The notes under the pieces are model-generated. The model was not told the DNA's origin. It did not search any database and was given only the letters and a program-made list of their open reading frames with translations. A program made the translations under genes and the position numbers. From Ruminiclostridium sp. (GTDB taxonomy: Bacteria; Bacillota; Clostridia; Oscillospirales; Ruminococcaceae), in assembly GCA_017935365.1 (NCBI GenBank), contig JAGBHT010000033.1, positions 25,697 to 89,696 on the forward strand: a stretch of DNA of 64,000 bases, read 5' to 3'. Of this stretch, positions 8,943 through 18,996 are shown piece by piece; within the stretch, counting starts at the first letter, position 1; each line of letters begins with the position of its first letter.

Positions 8943-9962
8943 ATGAATTATATGATCAATCTCGGCAGCTGGGGCAGTGTGTTTGCAGTGCCTTCGGATG
9001 TCGTTGACAAATACATAAAAATAGCAAGCGGAAGCAGTATCAAAGTACTGTTATACTTTCTGCGACACTGCGGAGAACAGCTCAGTGACGTGGAGATATC
9101 TGCGGCGCTTTCAATGAATGCGGAAGATGTAAAGGACGCACTTTCATTCTGGGAACAGGTAGGACTTTTGTCACAGAATCAGGGTATATATGCGCCGAAA
9201 CAGGGTGTGCCTGATCCAAAACCGCAAGCGAAAGAACCTGTTATGTCTGCTGTATCGGCAGGCGCAACGGCTTCATCGGAAGTTACGGCACAACAGGCTG
9301 AATTTGCCGCAGTAAAAGCGGCGGCTTTACGCTCTCCCGAATTTTCTCCGGCAGAGATCGCGGACACGATAAAGAAAGACGATAAGGTCGATTTTCTTTT
9401 CAAGACCTGCGAAACTCTTTACGGCAGACCTCTCAAGCATACCGAGCAGAATGCTCTTATCACAATTACGGAGCATATAGGACTTCCGACCGAGGTTGCA
9501 CTTATGATGGTCGACTACTGCTTTTCAATAAACAAATCATCGCCTGCATATCTTAAGGAAACAGCGATGAACTGGATGGAAAACGGCATAAATGACCTTG
9601 CCGCGGCGGAAAGACAAATATCAATGTTGCAATCAAAAAACGTTGCTGAAAGTTCTGTCAAGTCTATGTTCGGTATAAACAGGGCATTGACACAGAGGGA
9701 AAAGGACTTTGTAGATTTATGGTATAACGTATGGAATTTCAATTCCGATATGGTAAGACTGGCTTATGAGATCAATGTAAACGCAAAGGGTCAGTTTGCT
9801 TTTCCGTATATCAGCAAGATACTCGAAAACTGGCACTCAAAGGGTATTACGACCGAACAGCAGGTAAATGACGAAAAGAACAGCAGACCGATTTCCACCG
9901 AGAACAACTCATCATTTGACGCAGAAAAAATTGATGATATGTTGCTTGAAGATTATACATAA
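8943..9962 (+). CDS. dnaD: DnaD-domain primosomal protein
   Basis: N-terminal winged helix and two DnaD-like repeats (AYLKETAMNW, FPYISKILENW). Confidence 0.85.
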   Translation: MNYMINLGSWGSVFAVPSDVVDKYIKIASGSSIKVLLYFLRHCGEQLSDVEISAALSMNAEDVKDALSFWEQVGLLSQNQGIYAPKQGVPDPKPQAKEPVMSAVSAGATASSEVTAQQAEFAAVKAAALRSPEFSPAEIADTIKKDDKVDFLFKTCETLYGRPLKHTEQNALITITEHIGLPTEVALMMVDYCFSINKSSPAYLKETAMNWMENGINDLAAAERQISMLQSKNVAESSVKSMFGINRALTQREKDFVDLWYNVWNFNSDMVRLAYEINVNAKGQFAFPYISKILENWHSKGITTEQQVNDEKNSRPISTENNSSFDAEKIDDMLLEDYT

Positions 9963-9971
9963 GGAGTAAAT

Positions 9972-10961
9972 ATGGCTTATCCGTCAAATTATTATACAAA
10001 AGCGCAGGAGATAATCGACAAACGCCGTTTTGACAACAGCGTCACGATTGAGCGGCGCACAAGAGAGCTCCACAGGGAAATTCCCGAAATCGGGGATATC
10101 GACAGAAAGCTCAGCAGTACGATAGATGTACTGGCAAAAATTATACTGTCAAACAGCACTGACACTGCACAGAAGATTGAAAACCTCAAGAATGAAAATC
10201 TTGAACTTCAGAGGAAAATGAGAGAGCTTCTCAGAAGTCACGGATATCCCGAGGATTATCTTGATCCTATATATAATTGCAAAAAGTGTCATGACACAGG
10301 TATGGGTGAGAACGGCAGATGCTCCTGCTATAACGATGCGCTCAAGACGATTGCTTCAAATGAGCTCAGCAAAAGCCTGCCTATGGGGCTTACCTGTTTT
10401 GAAAGTTTCGATCTCAGTCTTTACAGCGATCAGCCCAAAGCGGAGCTAAAAAACAAGTCGCCGAGAGATATAATGAAGCAAAACTACGACTTCTGTGTTT
10501 CGTATGCGGAGGATTTTCTTATACCCGGCGACAGTATATTCATGACCGGCGGAACGGGGCTCGGAAAGACACATCTTTCATTGTCGGTCGCCAAAAAGGT
10601 TATCGAAAAGAACTATTCTGTGGTGTATGGTTCTGTACCCGATCTTCTCAGAAAGATCGAGAACGCCCACTTCAACAAGACAGAGGACGACGCAGAAGTG
10701 ATGAACACACTCAAGGAATGTGATCTGTTGCTCCTTGACGATCTCGGCGCAGAGTTTGAATCACAGTTCTATGTTTCGTGTCTGTATGAACTTATCAATA
10801 CAAGACTGAATTACGGCAGACCTACAATAGTCAATACGAATCTGACAGGTACGGAGCTTAAAAAGCGTTACTCGGACAGAATAGTGTCTAGGCTTTATTC
10901 GATGAAAACGCTTGTGTTCAGCGGCGATGATATAAGAATGAAACTTAAAAGCAGAAGATAA
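9972..10961 (+). CDS. dnaC: DnaC/DnaI-like helicase loader AAA+ ATPase
   Basis: Zn ribbon CKKCHDTG...CSC, Walker A GGTGLGKT, Walker B LLLLDDLG; follows dnaD. Confidence 0.85.
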   Translation: MAYPSNYYTKAQEIIDKRRFDNSVTIERRTRELHREIPEIGDIDRKLSSTIDVLAKIILSNSTDTAQKIENLKNENLELQRKMRELLRSHGYPEDYLDPIYNCKKCHDTGMGENGRCSCYNDALKTIASNELSKSLPMGLTCFESFDLSLYSDQPKAELKNKSPRDIMKQNYDFCVSYAEDFLIPGDSIFMTGGTGLGKTHLSLSVAKKVIEKNYSVVYGSVPDLLRKIENAHFNKTEDDAEVMNTLKECDLLLLDDLGAEFESQFYVSCLYELINTRLNYGRPTIVNTNLTGTELKKRYSDRIVSRLYSMKTLVFSGDDIRMKLKSRR

Positions 10962-10985
10962 CTTTATTTTATAAGGGGTGTATAT

Positions 10986-12275
10986 ATGAGCAGAGGCTTC
11001 GCGGTATTTATTATTTTAGCATTGATTTCAATTGTCGTTTCCTATGTTATCCCGGATAATTCAGGCAGACACGTTGCAAGTGCCCTTTCATCGTATGCGA
11101 TAGCAGATGAAGAAGATAAATTAAGCTATGATGATGTAAGGGAACATATAAGAATGCCTGTCGAGCTTCCGTTTACATATTCTTTCGATGAAAAGGAGTT
11201 TGACAACGGGTTTGAGTATGAGTTCAGTCCGAACGTTAAATCAGGATATTATTACAAGCCTCAGACATTGAAATTTGATTGCAGTGATAAAATATGGTAC
11301 ACAACCGACGGCAGACTGCCCGAAAAGGATAAAAACGCTTATCTTTACGATCAGGAGAAGGGTATCCGATTGGAAACCGGAGTAACAAACATATGCGTAA
11401 GAGCGGAAAAGGACGGTAAAATGAGCCGTGTGTATGTCGTTTCTTACGTCATACTCGGTACGACCGAGGATGCATTTTACGGTTACGGCTACAATTCGCT
11501 TGACAAATACGACAGATATATCTACGATTGTCTTTATAACGCAATGAGTAATTTTGAAACGAGATTTGATGTACCGTTTATGAATGTGTCTTATCAGAGA
11601 TTGTACAGAATATTCATGTGTATAAACTACGACAACCCTCTTATGTTCCAGGCTCCGCTTTCTTTCGGAAGCTGGAGCGGCAATAAAAAAGACGTAAGGT
11701 CGATAAAGCTGAATTACGATTTTACGCAGGCAGAATGTGAGTATTATATTGATCAGACCGAGAAGAGGGCAGAAGAGATACTGAAAAAGGCTGAAGGCTC
11801 TGAATCGCTTATCGACTATCTTATTGCTATCCACGATGAGATACTGTTAAACGCCGAGTATGATTATACGCTCGAGGGCGACGGCGCATATGAAGCGTTC
11901 GGTGTGCTTGATACGGGAAGCGGCGTATGCGAATCATATTCAAGAGCGTATCAGTATCTGTGCCAGTGCATAGGTGTTGATAATATACTGGTGGTCGGAA
12001 TGAGTGACAATGAGCCGCATATGTGGAATATGGTAAGGCTTGGCGACGACTGGTATCATGCTGACCTTACGTGGGACGACGGCGACAGCGGCGAGATCGA
12101 TTATTACTATTTCTCGTTCAACGATGCCAATCTGAAAACATACGGCGAGCGCACCGTTTCGCCCGAACTTTCGGATAACAGCGCTATACTTGATATGTAC
12201 AGCGATTCCAACTACTATCCGATACCGGAGGCACGGGGAACAAAATATACCGTAACCAATATGTTCATGAACTGA
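10986..12275 (+). CDS. Secreted/membrane-anchored transglutaminase-like protein
   Basis: N-terminal hydrophobic helix; Fn3-associated-like segment (WYTTDGRLP); triad GVCESY / HMWN / HADLTWDD. Confidence 0.8.
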   Translation: MSRGFAVFIILALISIVVSYVIPDNSGRHVASALSSYAIADEEDKLSYDDVREHIRMPVELPFTYSFDEKEFDNGFEYEFSPNVKSGYYYKPQTLKFDCSDKIWYTTDGRLPEKDKNAYLYDQEKGIRLETGVTNICVRAEKDGKMSRVYVVSYVILGTTEDAFYGYGYNSLDKYDRYIYDCLYNAMSNFETRFDVPFMNVSYQRLYRIFMCINYDNPLMFQAPLSFGSWSGNKKDVRSIKLNYDFTQAECEYYIDQTEKRAEEILKKAEGSESLIDYLIAIHDEILLNAEYDYTLEGDGAYEAFGVLDTGSGVCESYSRAYQYLCQCIGVDNILVVGMSDNEPHMWNMVRLGDDWYHADLTWDDGDSGEIDYYYFSFNDANLKTYGERTVSPELSDNSAILDMYSDSNYYPIPEARGTKYTVTNMFMN

Positions 12276-12303
12276 CAATGTGATACTCAAAGGACGTGAT
12301 CGT

Positions 12304-14871
12304 TTGAAAAAAATAATACTGAAAGCATTCGCAGTCATAACCGCACTGGCAGTGCTTGCGTCTTCATTCAGCGCCTGCTCAGGTACCGATACGGGAAATG
12401 ACAGTGATAAAACAAGTTTCGCCGAAATGAAGTCTGACGGCGAGCTTGCGTACAACACCAAAGGTGAGTTTTCCGTTAACCTGTCGGTTGACAATATTAC
12501 GCTTGACAAGGAAATGAAGGCTGACAATGTAAAGGTTTTCTATTCATACATCGACAGCGACAAACTGCCTGATATTGACGCTTCTCAGCCGGTAAGGCTG
12601 AATAACGGCGAATATTCCGCCGTATATGCAAAAGTCACGTCGCTGACGGTCAATTCCGAGCACTCGGCGACAGTTGTTTTCAGTGACGGTAAATTCAGTG
12701 AGAATAAACCGGACTGCTTCTTTGTATTATTCGACAATAACAGCAATGCTTCGGGACGATATCTTGTTTCGATGATACCGGTGAAATACCCGTCATATTC
12801 CCTTGTCAGCGATACTACGCAGATACGTTCCGAAAGTACGACGAACAGATTTAAGCTGACGCTTGACAAAAGCAGTTTTGCGGGTGATATTTCCGCCGAT
12901 GATATTGTGCTTTCCGGCGGATTTGAAAACTGTAGCATCAGCAATATCGAAAAGATCGGTGAAAACACATTATCGTTTACAATTAGTGCGGATAACGGCT
13001 ATAAATCCGGAGATGACGGTTGTATAACCGTAAAACGCAGAGCTGTCACAGATGCGGCAGTTGATGTATCGACAACTGTTGATATTGTATCACCGACGGT
13101 TGAGTTTCAGTCAAACAGTTTTGAAGCGTCGACGAATTATGCAAGGATACCCGTTTCGCTTATCGACTGTTCTTTCAGTGACAGTACTTCTGCCGGTATG
13201 TTCGGTTGTGATGATGACAGTATTGAAATAACGCGTTTTGACAGAGTATCGGCAAACGAGGGCGTATTGTATCTTTCGTTCGATGTGGATACGCCGTCAA
13301 AGGCTATATCATTGATATCCGATTGCACATTCAGCATAAAGGACAATGCGCTGAACATAAATTATCCGCTGTATTTCAGCGTATCGCCGAAATCACCCGA
13401 TGTAAGCGCAGTGATAACAAAGGTTGAAGAAGACGGCTCTGATTTCAGGGTAACGGCACAGTTCAGCGTTGTGGACGGAACATTCAATGTAATAAGCAAG
13501 AACAGCTTTATATTCAGCGGAGATTATTCCAAAGCGGTGATAACTTCGATCACTGCGCAGGATGATATGGCAACGGTCTGCTTCGATATACCGAAAACTT
13601 CGTCGGTAGAAAACGCCGAACTGTACGGTACTGTAGGAATACGCTCAGGTGCAGTTATGAGCCGCTGGGGAATACAGACAAATATCTCGGCATTTCCGCT
13701 TTATTACAGTGCCGCCGAGCAGGCAGAAAGTACTCCTGATGTAACGGATAACGATACATTGCTTGATATGCTTTCGGCTATGACTGCATATTTCGGCAGT
13801 GTGGCTATCGGCGATGAACTTTCACCGGGAAGTATTTTTGCAGGCAACGACAAGGTCGATTATACAGATCTCAGCGATAAGTACGGCAATATATATGCAA
13901 CAATTAACAGAACAAATAAATTACCGGGTTCGGAAAATGTGTCGTCGGGAGCGAAAACGGCGGAAGATATTTATACTGTCAGAAGATATATGAACGATCT
14001 TATGGCAATGCACGCACTTACAAGACCTGTCAGTGAAAGTACTGCAAAGCTATTTGCCGTTTACGACAGTATGAATGCGACCGACGATGCGCAGGAGCTT
14101 GAAACACTCGGTTCTGAGGCAAAAGAGCTGACGGCAAAGATCACATCTGTCTATTCGGCTAATATCAAAGGTATGTCATACAGTGAACTGTTAAACAGAA
14201 TTGTTTCGGAATATATGGGCGGTGCAACAGATTCTTTTGACGCTCTGTGCGACAATATCTATAACTGGTATCCTCAGGGAACAGACGATAAAAAAATGTT
14301 CAGAAGTATGTCACTGAGCGTAATTATAAATGCGGCTGTTATCGAATATATCTCTGCTTCGGGAAATGAAGACAATGCCGCCGATTTCGGTTCTGTATGC
14401 AGGAGCCTCGCCGCACTGGAAGAATATCAGGAAAAGCACAAGGTAAGCGAGGGCGACAGCGGTAAAATATTCTGCACTACACTCGGCAGAACATTCAGTC
14501 TGCAAAGGGTGAATTCAGTGCTACACGATCCGGTAAATGAAATAACGCTTTCTGAAATTTCACAGCTTGAAAATCTTATGAACAAGGACAGCTCAATGGA
14601 AAAAGAGCTTGAAAGCGTCGGCTTCGGGGTTTCATCGGTCAGATATATAGTGTGCGCCGACAGTAATATTACCGGCAGGTCGCAGACAGAACAGGGACGT
14701 CATATATATTCGTTTGTACGGCGTGCAACATTGTATGATCTGACTGTTTCTCAGACAGCGAGCGAAATGGAATACTGCAATTATTATTACAGCATAGAAA
14801 TCGACAATGACGGAAAGCCTTCTGCCGTGCCGTATGTAAATGTTTATTACAGACTTTATACATTAAAGTAA
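12304..14871 (+). CDS. Large lipoprotein of unknown function with repeated beta-rich modules
   Basis: Signal peptide with lipobox FSAC; likely TTG start at 12304 after an AAGGA RBS (track start 12280). Confidence 0.7.
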   Translation: MKKIILKAFAVITALAVLASSFSACSGTDTGNDSDKTSFAEMKSDGELAYNTKGEFSVNLSVDNITLDKEMKADNVKVFYSYIDSDKLPDIDASQPVRLNNGEYSAVYAKVTSLTVNSEHSATVVFSDGKFSENKPDCFFVLFDNNSNASGRYLVSMIPVKYPSYSLVSDTTQIRSESTTNRFKLTLDKSSFAGDISADDIVLSGGFENCSISNIEKIGENTLSFTISADNGYKSGDDGCITVKRRAVTDAAVDVSTTVDIVSPTVEFQSNSFEASTNYARIPVSLIDCSFSDSTSAGMFGCDDDSIEITRFDRVSANEGVLYLSFDVDTPSKAISLISDCTFSIKDNALNINYPLYFSVSPKSPDVSAVITKVEEDGSDFRVTAQFSVVDGTFNVISKNSFIFSGDYSKAVITSITAQDDMATVCFDIPKTSSVENAELYGTVGIRSGAVMSRWGIQTNISAFPLYYSAAEQAESTPDVTDNDTLLDMLSAMTAYFGSVAIGDELSPGSIFAGNDKVDYTDLSDKYGNIYATINRTNKLPGSENVSSGAKTAEDIYTVRRYMNDLMAMHALTRPVSESTAKLFAVYDSMNATDDAQELETLGSEAKELTAKITSVYSANIKGMSYSELLNRIVSEYMGGATDSFDALCDNIYNWYPQGTDDKKMFRSMSLSVIINAAVIEYISASGNEDNAADFGSVCRSLAALEEYQEKHKVSEGDSGKIFCTTLGRTFSLQRVNSVLHDPVNEITLSEISQLENLMNKDSSMEKELESVGFGVSSVRYIVCADSNITGRSQTEQGRHIYSFVRRATLYDLTVSQTASEMEYCNYYYSIEIDNDGKPSAVPYVNVYYRLYTLK

Positions 14872-14889
14872 TTTGCTATCACAGGTGAT

Positions 14890-15635
14890 ATTATTATTAT
14901 ATTTTTTTCGGCCACAGGAAACTGTAAGTATGTTGCAAAGCGCATTTCCGATGCACTCGGGCAGAAAGACGTTTCTGTCACGGACTGCATACAACGTAAC
15001 ATATATGAGTTTACGGACGACATCACAGTAATTATATCTCCGACATATTTCTGGGGATTGCCGAGCATTGTAGCGGATTTTTTGAAAAGTCAAAGTTCAG
15101 AGCGAAATATCTCTGCTTATTGCAACATACGGGACAACTCCGGGTGCGTCCAGACGTATTGCAGACAGACTTATAAAGGACAGAAATATTGACGCTTTTT
15201 ATTCAGTCAGAATGGCGGATACATGGACCCCTGTGTTCGATCTTTCAACGCCTGAGAAAGTTGGTAAGTTCACTAAAACGACGGAAAGTGATATAGACGA
15301 TATTATCACAAAAATACAGTTGGAATATCATAACAGGAAAATGAAGCGTTCAGTGCCTGTGTTTATGGCAGATTTATTTGCTCAGCCGATATATAATAAC
15401 TCGGCACGGAAAACCGAGAAATTTTCTGTAAATGAACAAGTGCATCGGGTGTGGGCTGTGCAGTATGAAATGTCCTGTGAAAGCAATTGAAATGAAGAAT
15501 AAAAAACCTGTATGGGTAGCGGATAAATGCGTTATGTGCCTTGGGTGTCTGCACAGGTGTCCGGTATTTGCCATAAATTACGGGAATAAGACACAGAAGC
15601 ACGGTCAGTATACAAATCCGAATGTAAAGGTGTGA
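14890..15635 (+). pseudogene. EFR1-family flavodoxin-ferredoxin, frameshifted
   Basis: Pieces in three frames: FFSATGNCKYVAKRI...SPTYFWGLP, then IATYGTTPG...MADTW, then KCIGCGLC..CP...CVMCLGCLHRCP. Shifts near 15088-15118 and 15432-15437; no ATG/GTG/TTG start in frame. Confidence 0.85.
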
Positions 15636-15640
15636 AATTA

Positions 15641-15724
15641 TTGAATTACATTGAAGATAACACAATCGTTACCGAAAGACTTGTTACAATAAGAGGCTCT
15701 TGGTTTCCCCAACATTTATTATAG
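15641..15724 (+). pseudogene. Possible 5' remnant of a GNAT acetyltransferase gene
   Basis: AGGTG RBS then TTG; NYIEDNTIVTERLVTIR resembles the IETERLILR start of Acetyltransf_3 proteins, then an early stop. Confidence 0.3.
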
Positions 15725-15763
15725 AACCTTTAACTTATCAGTAGTTTAAAAAGATATAATAAA

Positions 15764-15789
15764 AACGGGGCTGTGTGAACAGTCCCGTT
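15764..15789. terminator. Hairpin between convergent units
   Basis: AACGGGGCTGT-gtga-ACAGTCCCGTT (one G-U pair). Confidence 0.6.
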
Positions 15790-15810
15790 AAATATTAATT
15801 ACTCTTTTGA

Positions 15811-16083
15811 TTATTCCTGAGTTTCAGCTTCAGGCTCTTTTTCTTCTGATGTTTCAGCTTCAGCCTTTTCTTCTTCAGGTTTGTTCATAACCTCGGAAGG
15901 ATCAAGAACTTCATCGTCATCATCGAAGAATTCATTGTCGAAATCTTCATCGCTGTCCATTATATCATCGAACTGATCGTATTCGATCTCCTTTTCTGTC
16001 TTCTTCTTGAGATATATAAAGACAGCTGCAACAGCACCGAGTACTGCGAGAGTGCCAACGGCAAAACCAGTAAATGCTTTCAT
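15811..16083 (-). CDS. Small membrane-anchored protein with highly acidic tail
   Basis: N-terminal hydrophobic helix, KKK stop-transfer, 30 of the last 61 residues are D/E; own promoter and GAAAGAGG RBS. Confidence 0.85.
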   Translation of the reverse strand: MKAFTGFAVGTLAVLGAVAAVFIYLKKKTEKEIEYDQFDDIMDSDEDFDNEFFDDDDEVLDPSEVMNKPEEEKAEAETSEEKEPEAETQE

Positions 16084-16127
16084 TTTAAACCTCTTTCCGG
16101 TGCTTTCACACCAACTTTATTGTAATT

Positions 16128-16156
16128 ATTATACTATACTCACTGTCGGATTTCAA
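16128..16156 (-). promoter_or_regulatory. sigmaA promoter of the acidic small-protein gene
   Basis: TTGAAA-17 bp-TATAAT on the minus strand. Confidence 0.7.
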
Positions 16157-16193
16157 GTGTTTTTTATCAATATGAGCAGTTTTAACAAAATTC

Positions 16194-16949
16194 TTACAGG
16201 TTTCCTGTTAAATTCATCAATACGGCAAGCGCGGCAACAGGCGCGGTTTCACATCTCAAAATGCGTTCGCCGAGGTGAACTGCGGTAAATCCCTTTGAAA
16301 GAGCGTAATCGACTTCTTCTTTTTCAAAGCCGCCCTCACTGCCGATGAACACTGCGATTTTCTTATAGGAAAGGTCAAGCTCTGACAGCTTTTTGCCACC
16401 GCATTCATAGAAAATTATCGGAAGTGTGTCGCTGCCAATGCTGTTGACGGCGGTTTTAAAATCCGTAAATGGCATAACTTCGGGGATTTTTCCGCGTCCG
16501 CATTGCTTTGACGCTTCATATGCTATACGCTGTAAGCGCTGTACTTTTCTATCGGCACTTTTGGCATCGGGACGGGAAACACAGCGCTTTGACAGGAAAG
16601 GTACCACACGCACCGCACCGAGCTCGGTCGCTTTCTGTACTATGAAATCCAGCTTATCGTTCTTCGGAATAGCCTGATAGAGCGTTATTTCCACGTCCGG
16701 CTCTGCCGAGTTATCCTTTTTGTCGAGAATTGCAAACTCAACGGAATTCTTGTTTTCGGCAGAGGACAGTTCACAAAGATAATCGTGACCGTTTTTGTCG
16801 CAGATTATCGCCTTGTCGCCGCTTCTCATTCTGAGAACCTGCACGATATGCTTTGAATCTTCGTCATTCATATATATTGTTTTGCCGTCTTCATCTATTG
16901 TATCCGAGAAAAATCTTGGATAACGCCATTTTTCAAGTTCTTCTTCCAT
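16194..16949 (-). CDS. rsmE: 16S rRNA m3U1498 methyltransferase
   Basis: HIVQVLRM, QKATELG, EASKQCGR, FIGSEGGF, LGERILRCETA. Confidence 0.93.
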   Translation of the reverse strand: MEEELEKWRYPRFFSDTIDEDGKTIYMNDEDSKHIVQVLRMRSGDKAIICDKNGHDYLCELSSAENKNSVEFAILDKKDNSAEPDVEITLYQAIPKNDKLDFIVQKATELGAVRVVPFLSKRCVSRPDAKSADRKVQRLQRIAYEASKQCGRGKIPEVMPFTDFKTAVNSIGSDTLPIIFYECGGKKLSELDLSYKKIAVFIGSEGGFEKEEVDYALSKGFTAVHLGERILRCETAPVAALAVLMNLTGNL

Positions 16950-16958
16950 ATATCTCCT

Positions 16959-18992
16959 TTACGCATTCGGCGCATTTTCAAATAATTTGTTTATCATTTT
17001 CATATAACAACTGTTTTCGGGTTTTTCAAGGTGGCTGTCGTCACGCAGAATTTCATCTGCCGCTTCGCCTGTGATTTTCAGTATATCAAGGTCGGCATAA
17101 ATGTCCGCTATCTTAAGTTGGGGCAGACCGTGTTGCTTACTTCCGAAAAAGTCACCTGGACCGCGGAGCTTGAGGTCTTCGTTAGCTATTTCAAAGCCGT
17201 CCGCGGTTCGTACCATTGTATCCATACGCTGTTTTGTATATTCGCTCTTGTTGTCGGTGACAAGGATACAGTGGGATTGCTCTGTACCTCTGCCTACTCT
17301 GCCTCTCAGCTGATGGAGCTGTGACAGTCCGAACTGCTCGGCGTTTTCGATTACCATAACAACTGCGTTCGGAACATCGACACCGACTTCTATTACCGAT
17401 GTCGCAACAAGAACTTTCAGTTTGTTATCCTTGAAGTCCTGCATTACTGCGTCCTTGTCGGCTTGCTTCATCTTGCCGTGAAGAAGACCTGTAGGGACGT
17501 TTGCAAGGCAAGTGTTTTGCAGAGAGTTGATATAATTCGTTGCCGCAGCCTTTTCCGACACACCCTCTTCGATAAGCGGACAGACAATGTAAGCCTGAAA
17601 GCCGTTGTTTACGTATTTCAGAATGAATTTATACAGTCGTTCACGGTAGCTTGTATCTACGGCGTATGTCCTTACAGGCAGTCTGCCTTTGGGCATTTCA
17701 TCAAGTATTGAAATATCAAGGTCGCCGTATATTATCATGCCGAGGGTACGAGGGATAGGAGTAGCTGACATTACAAGAACGTGTGGTTCGTTGCCCTTTG
17801 AGCCGAGCGCCGCACGTTGTTCCACACCGAAACGGTGCTGTTCGTCCGTAATAACAAGACCGAGTGCGTTGAACTTTGTGCTTTTCTGTATAAGCGCCTG
17901 AGTACCGACGGCAATGTCAATCTGACCGTCTGCGATAAGCTGTCTTATCTGCTTTTTCTGAGCAGGTGTCTGTGAGCCTGTAAGCAAAGCAATGTTCACC
18001 CCGAGAGGAGCTAAGAACTTGTAAAGCGTGTTGTAATGCTGTTTTGCAAGTATCTCGGTAGGTGCCATAAGTGTTGACTGGTAGCCGTTAAGATAGGCAA
18101 AATATGCCGCTCCTGCCGCTACGGCAGTCTTACCGGAACCTACATCACCCTGTAGCAGTCTGTTCATAGGCACAGACTGCTGCATATCGGTGCAACAGTC
18201 CGAAATGGCGCGTTTCTGCGCTCCCGTCAGTTCAAACGGCAGAGAAGAGTAGTAAGGTTCTACGCTTTTTTCCTGCATTGTCGCACCTGCAAGCCGTTTG
18301 TTGCGGTTCTTCATGGATTTCAGTCCGAGCTGTAAAAGAAACAGTTCTTCAAATGTAAGGCGGTATTTAGCTTTGTCGTACTGTTCTTTATTTTCCGGGA
18401 AATGAATCCACCTGAGAGCGTTATCATAGGAAATAAGATTGTATTTTTCTCTCAGCTTATCCGAGAGATAATCCTCATAGGTGAAGTCATTCAGTACGTT
18501 TTTTATGCAGTTTGACATTATGCCCTGCGATATTCCTGTTGTCAGGCTGTAGCGTGGCATAAGCTTGTTTGGTTCTGACGAATCGATAAAAACAGGCGAG
18601 TTCATTTCTTTTCTGAGAAAATCACCCGCCACTTTGCCATAAAAGCAATATTCATTGTCGAGCTTAAGCCTTGTGAAAGAATAGTCGCTGTTGAAGAACG
18701 TTATAAGCATATCGCCTGTGCCGTCACTGACTAATACTTTGAATATATTTATCTTGCCGTAATACGGTGGGAATTTCTTTGTAACGAATGCTTTAACAAC
18801 GTGGTTGTCACCGTCGTTCATAAGTTCGGATATAGCAGTCGTTTCATTGAAATCAATATATCCTCTCGGATAATGCCCGGCAAGCTGTAACGCTGTTGTA
18901 ATGCCGAGCTTTCCGAGAAGCTTTGCTCGTTTTTCACCGACGCCCTTGATATAGCAGACAGGGCAGTCGGGGCTTTTTTTTATTTCGTTCAT
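16959..18992 (-). CDS. recG: ATP-dependent DNA helicase RecG
   Basis: [38 protein letters not shown]. Confidence 0.97.
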   Translation of the reverse strand: MNEIKKSPDCPVCYIKGVGEKRAKLLGKLGITTALQLAGHYPRGYIDFNETTAISELMNDGDNHVVKAFVTKKFPPYYGKINIFKVLVSDGTGDMLITFFNSDYSFTRLKLDNEYCFYGKVAGDFLRKEMNSPVFIDSSEPNKLMPRYSLTTGISQGIMSNCIKNVLNDFTYEDYLSDKLREKYNLISYDNALRWIHFPENKEQYDKAKYRLTFEELFLLQLGLKSMKNRNKRLAGATMQEKSVEPYYSSLPFELTGAQKRAISDCCTDMQQSVPMNRLLQGDVGSGKTAVAAGAAYFAYLNGYQSTLMAPTEILAKQHYNTLYKFLAPLGVNIALLTGSQTPAQKKQIRQLIADGQIDIAVGTQALIQKSTKFNALGLVITDEQHRFGVEQRAALGSKGNEPHVLVMSATPIPRTLGMIIYGDLDISILDEMPKGRLPVRTYAVDTSYRERLYKFILKYVNNGFQAYIVCPLIEEGVSEKAAATNYINSLQNTCLANVPTGLLHGKMKQADKDAVMQDFKDNKLKVLVATSVIEVGVDVPNAVVMVIENAEQFGLSQLHQLRGRVGRGTEQSHCILVTDNKSEYTKQRMDTMVRTADGFEIANEDLKLRGPGDFFGSKQHGLPQLKIADIYADLDILKITGEAADEILRDDSHLEKPENSCYMKMINKLFENAPNA

Positions 18993-18996
18993 AAAA

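Noticed and set aside
9972-10961. IstB-like ATPase as an IS21 element
   Set aside because: No IstA transposase or terminal inverted repeats; the dnaD pairing and Zn ribbon fit a chromosomal helicase loader.
16920-16949. Extra N-terminal residues on RsmE (MEEELEKWRY before PRFF)
   Set aside because: A strong RBS precedes this ATG and the rest of the gene is intact; probably ordinary lineage variation.
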